Assembly (NCBI GenBank): GCA_963811105.1
Contig: CAWEPZ010000002.1
Coordinates: 192,001 to 256,000 of the forward strand
Direction of reading: 5' to 3'
Length of the DNA stretch: 64,000 nt
From: Candidatus Bathyarchaeota archaeon
GTDB lineage: Archaea > Thermoproteota > Bathyarchaeia > Bathyarchaeales > Bathycorpusculaceae
The position numbers were made by a program, and so were the translations under genes. The notes below the pieces were generated by a model. That model saw nothing but the letters and a program-made list of their open reading frames with translations, was not told the origin of the DNA and did no database searches. Within the stretch, counting starts at the first letter, position 1, and each line of letters begins with the position of its first letter. Shown here piece after piece: positions 62,188-64,000 of the stretch.

Positions 62188-62403
62188 TTGAAGTTCGCAG
62201 TCATCGTTGAAAAAGACGAAGATGGCATTTATGTTGCCACAGTTCCAGACCTTCCCGGCTGTCACACGCAAGCCAAAACTCTTGACCAATTGACTAAACG
62301 CATCAAAGAAGCTATTATTGCTTACCTTGAGGTTGAAGCTGTCAAACCTAAAGAAGGCATAGAGCTTGTCGGTTTACAGCTTGTTGAGGTCACCACTAAT
62401 TGA
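62188..62403 (+). CDS. hicB: HicB-family antitoxin
   Basis: EKDEDGIYVATVPDLPGCHTQAKT..IKEAI. Confidence 0.92.
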   Translation: MKFAVIVEKDEDGIYVATVPDLPGCHTQAKTLDQLTKRIKEAIIAYLEVEAVKPKEGIELVGLQLVEVTTN

Positions 62404-62624
62404 GCCTGAGACCACAGCCAGCCAGAAAAGTAATTAAAGCCATATCTGCTCTGGGGTTTGAGGTTGCTAGAAAACATGGCAGCCATGTTGTCATGAAACA
62501 TGCAGACGGCAGGATCACTGTGATTCCGGTTCATGCTAAAGAAAACATTGGCGTGGGTTTACTTTTAAAAATAATGAAAGACGCCAAACTAGAAAGGGAA
62601 GAATTCATAAAGTTACTCGCATAA
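62400..62624 (+). CDS. hicA: HicA-family mRNA interferase toxin
   Basis: LGFEVARKHGSHVVMKH, VIPVH, GLLLKIMKDA. Confidence 0.92.
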   Translation: MSLRPQPARKVIKAISALGFEVARKHGSHVVMKHADGRITVIPVHAKENIGVGLLLKIMKDAKLEREEFIKLLA

Positions 62625-62769
62625 TCTGCAACCACCGGTGCCTTAATCTCCAGCGGAATCGGCAAAGAAGCAACAAACGTAGCTGCAGCGCCCGCAACTG
62701 TGCCAGCCAAAACGATTAGGACTTCCTTATTCTCAGATACCTCTATCTCATCAACCAAACAAAATCACC
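62625..62769 (-). pseudogene. Truncated duplicate of 61869-62063
   Basis: 135-bp direct repeat 61940-62074 / 62635-62769; homology stops next to the hicA stop. Confidence 0.8.
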
Positions 62770-62937
62770 TCCAAGAAGCATTAACAGGAAAAATCATTTT
62801 GCGATAAATCATGTTAGTGATGGCAGGTTTCCTGATAAAAGAGACCCGCGGCAAAGCACGCCAATAAAAAAAGATTCTACCGATAAACAACACCTAAAAA
62901 ACAACAGCAAAACAAAAGAAAACTCAGTCAGAAGTTG

Positions 62938-63050
62938 GATAAAGTTAAGTTTATCAAGCTTTTCATCTAAATTTAGGTTTATGCTTTTTAGGCGTCAGTT
63001 ACTTGAATTGGTGTTTTTCGATGCCTTCTAAGAATTAGCAAAGAAATAAG
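62938..63050 (-). repeat. Orphan RRHRKT tail plus repeat family B
   Basis: ISLLILRRHRKTPIQVTDA* then GCATAAACCTAAATTTAGATGAAAAGCTTGATAAACTTAACTTTATC. Confidence 0.85.
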
Positions 63051-63166
63051 TACAATTTTCTATGGATAAAAATTAGTTTTTTTGCGATTGATTAACCCAC
63101 TTTTGGATGAAGCGGCAGGCATGTTTCTGAACGCTCACCATCAAAACATTTTTGTTCTGATTAGGA

Positions 63167-63655
63167 TTAACCGAAGATTTCACGGACTTGATGAAGCGTT
63201 GGTAAATTCACGGGCAGATACTCTTTTCCTTTGATTAGTAACCAAGTGCCAAGTCCAATAGCGAAAAATGCTTGGAAAAAGAAGACTTGATAAGAATACA
63301 TCGCATGGTTGGAATGGTCAGTTCTAAAAGAAAAAAACCACAATGCATTCACACAATTTAGCAAGGGATAAAGACCTATAAATGTTAGAATAAAAAAACC
63401 TCCCGAAGCAATCAGAGCATCCACAACTCTTTGTATTTTAGGTTTCCTAAATTTGTTAATAAGCCATAAACCCGCAACCAAAATTAATGAACCAGAAGAA
63501 AAGTAAAGGTTTCGCGTGTTATCGCTAAGGCTGATATTAAACACTATTATGTTACTTAATGCAATGTAAATTAGTTCAGCACCAATAGAAAAAACGAAAA
63601 CGCCTAAGAATCCTAATAATGCATAAAATTTGGCTTTATTATTTAGGTTAATCAA
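63167..63655 (-). CDS. Four-TM hypothetical membrane protein
   Basis: Four hydrophobic segments, 162 aa. Confidence 0.65.
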   Translation of the reverse strand: MINLNNKAKFYALLGFLGVFVFSIGAELIYIALSNIIVFNISLSDNTRNLYFSSGSLILVAGLWLINKFRKPKIQRVVDALIASGGFFILTFIGLYPLLNCVNALWFFSFRTDHSNHAMYSYQVFFFQAFFAIGLGTWLLIKGKEYLPVNLPTLHQVREIFG

Positions 63656-63677
63656 CTGCTTTTTCCCCTGCTCTAAC

Positions 63678-64000
63678 CTAAGTATAGTTCAAACAGATTA
63701 AAAACTTGTTAGCCAAAAGTTTCTTGACCTTATTATTTTGGCGTTTTCGCTGGCTTCTAAAAAGCAATAGGGAGACCACGATAATTGCTAAGACTGCAGT
63801 GATGGCTATTATGGGAAGCGTTTGAGTTGCAATTGGCGAATTGGTTGGAGTCGGTGTTGGCAATTCAACTGTGAAGTTTACAGTTTGTACGCCCATATTT
63901 CCAAACGTATCATTAGCGTAAATTGATATGTTATGCATGCCGCTTGTCATGTTAGCAATAGTGAAATTACCTGTTACCGTTATGTTCTGTTCTCCATCGA
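63678..64000 (-). CDS. 3' end of an Ig-like surface protein with RSQRK anchor (5' end outside window); reads through a family A half-site
   Basis: DGEQNITVTGNFTIANMTSGMHNISIYANDTFGN similar to 50473-51783; box GCCAAAAGTTTCTTGAC at 63712-63728. Confidence 0.8.
   Translation of the reverse strand, partial: DGEQNITVTGNFTIANMTSGMHNISIYANDTFGNMGVQTVNFTVELPTPTPTNSPIATQTLPIIAITAVLAIIVVSLLLFRSQRKRQNNKVKKLLANKFLICLNYT

Noticed and set aside
27414-63728. Family A/B repeats as a CRISPR array
   Set aside because: Copies are separated by whole genes (hundreds of bp to several kb), are degenerate, have no constant-length spacers, and no cas genes are present.
27414-63728. Classical integron attC sites or a diversity-generating retroelement
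   Set aside because: No GTTRRRY/RYYYAAC ends and no IntI; no reverse transcriptase, and tail differences are not adenine-specific.

Overview
Archaeal chromosome segment, probably TACK/Bathyarchaeia-like (inferred from gene order and the expanded PQQ-propeller, NosD and Ig-like surface proteins; not database-checked). Positions 1-27228 are mostly housekeeping: carS, radB, Clp1-type kinase, XPD, nth, the psmA-SBDS-exosome-rpl37ae-pcc1 operon, rps13-rps4-rps11-rpoD-rpl18e-rpl13-rps9-rpoN, bcp, an atypical CysRS paralog and metG. A ~1.5 kb mini-island sits between pcc1 and rps13. From metG to the window end (~37 kb) is a variable island of mostly co-oriented genes for secreted or membrane-anchored proteins, mixed with about 7 toxin-antitoxin-like modules, IS5-like, IS481 and IS110 elements, and two terminase-like provirus relics. 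The main unexplained signal is about 17 copies of a bipartite palindromic site (two ~16-bp GTCAAG-N4-CTTGAC boxes, spacer mostly 8 bp). These sit both right after conserved C-terminal anchor-coding tails (PEF-type and RRHRKT-type, several orphaned) and right before the TATA box of the next gene, which looks like an integron-like cassette array of surface proteins. Two IS110-family ends sit at the same CT dinucleotide of this site, and the IS 3' non-coding region carries a 9-nt match to the site plus a parallel match to its own end, as expected for a bridge/seek RNA. No integrase or archaeosortase gene is visible in the window, so the recombination model is inference.
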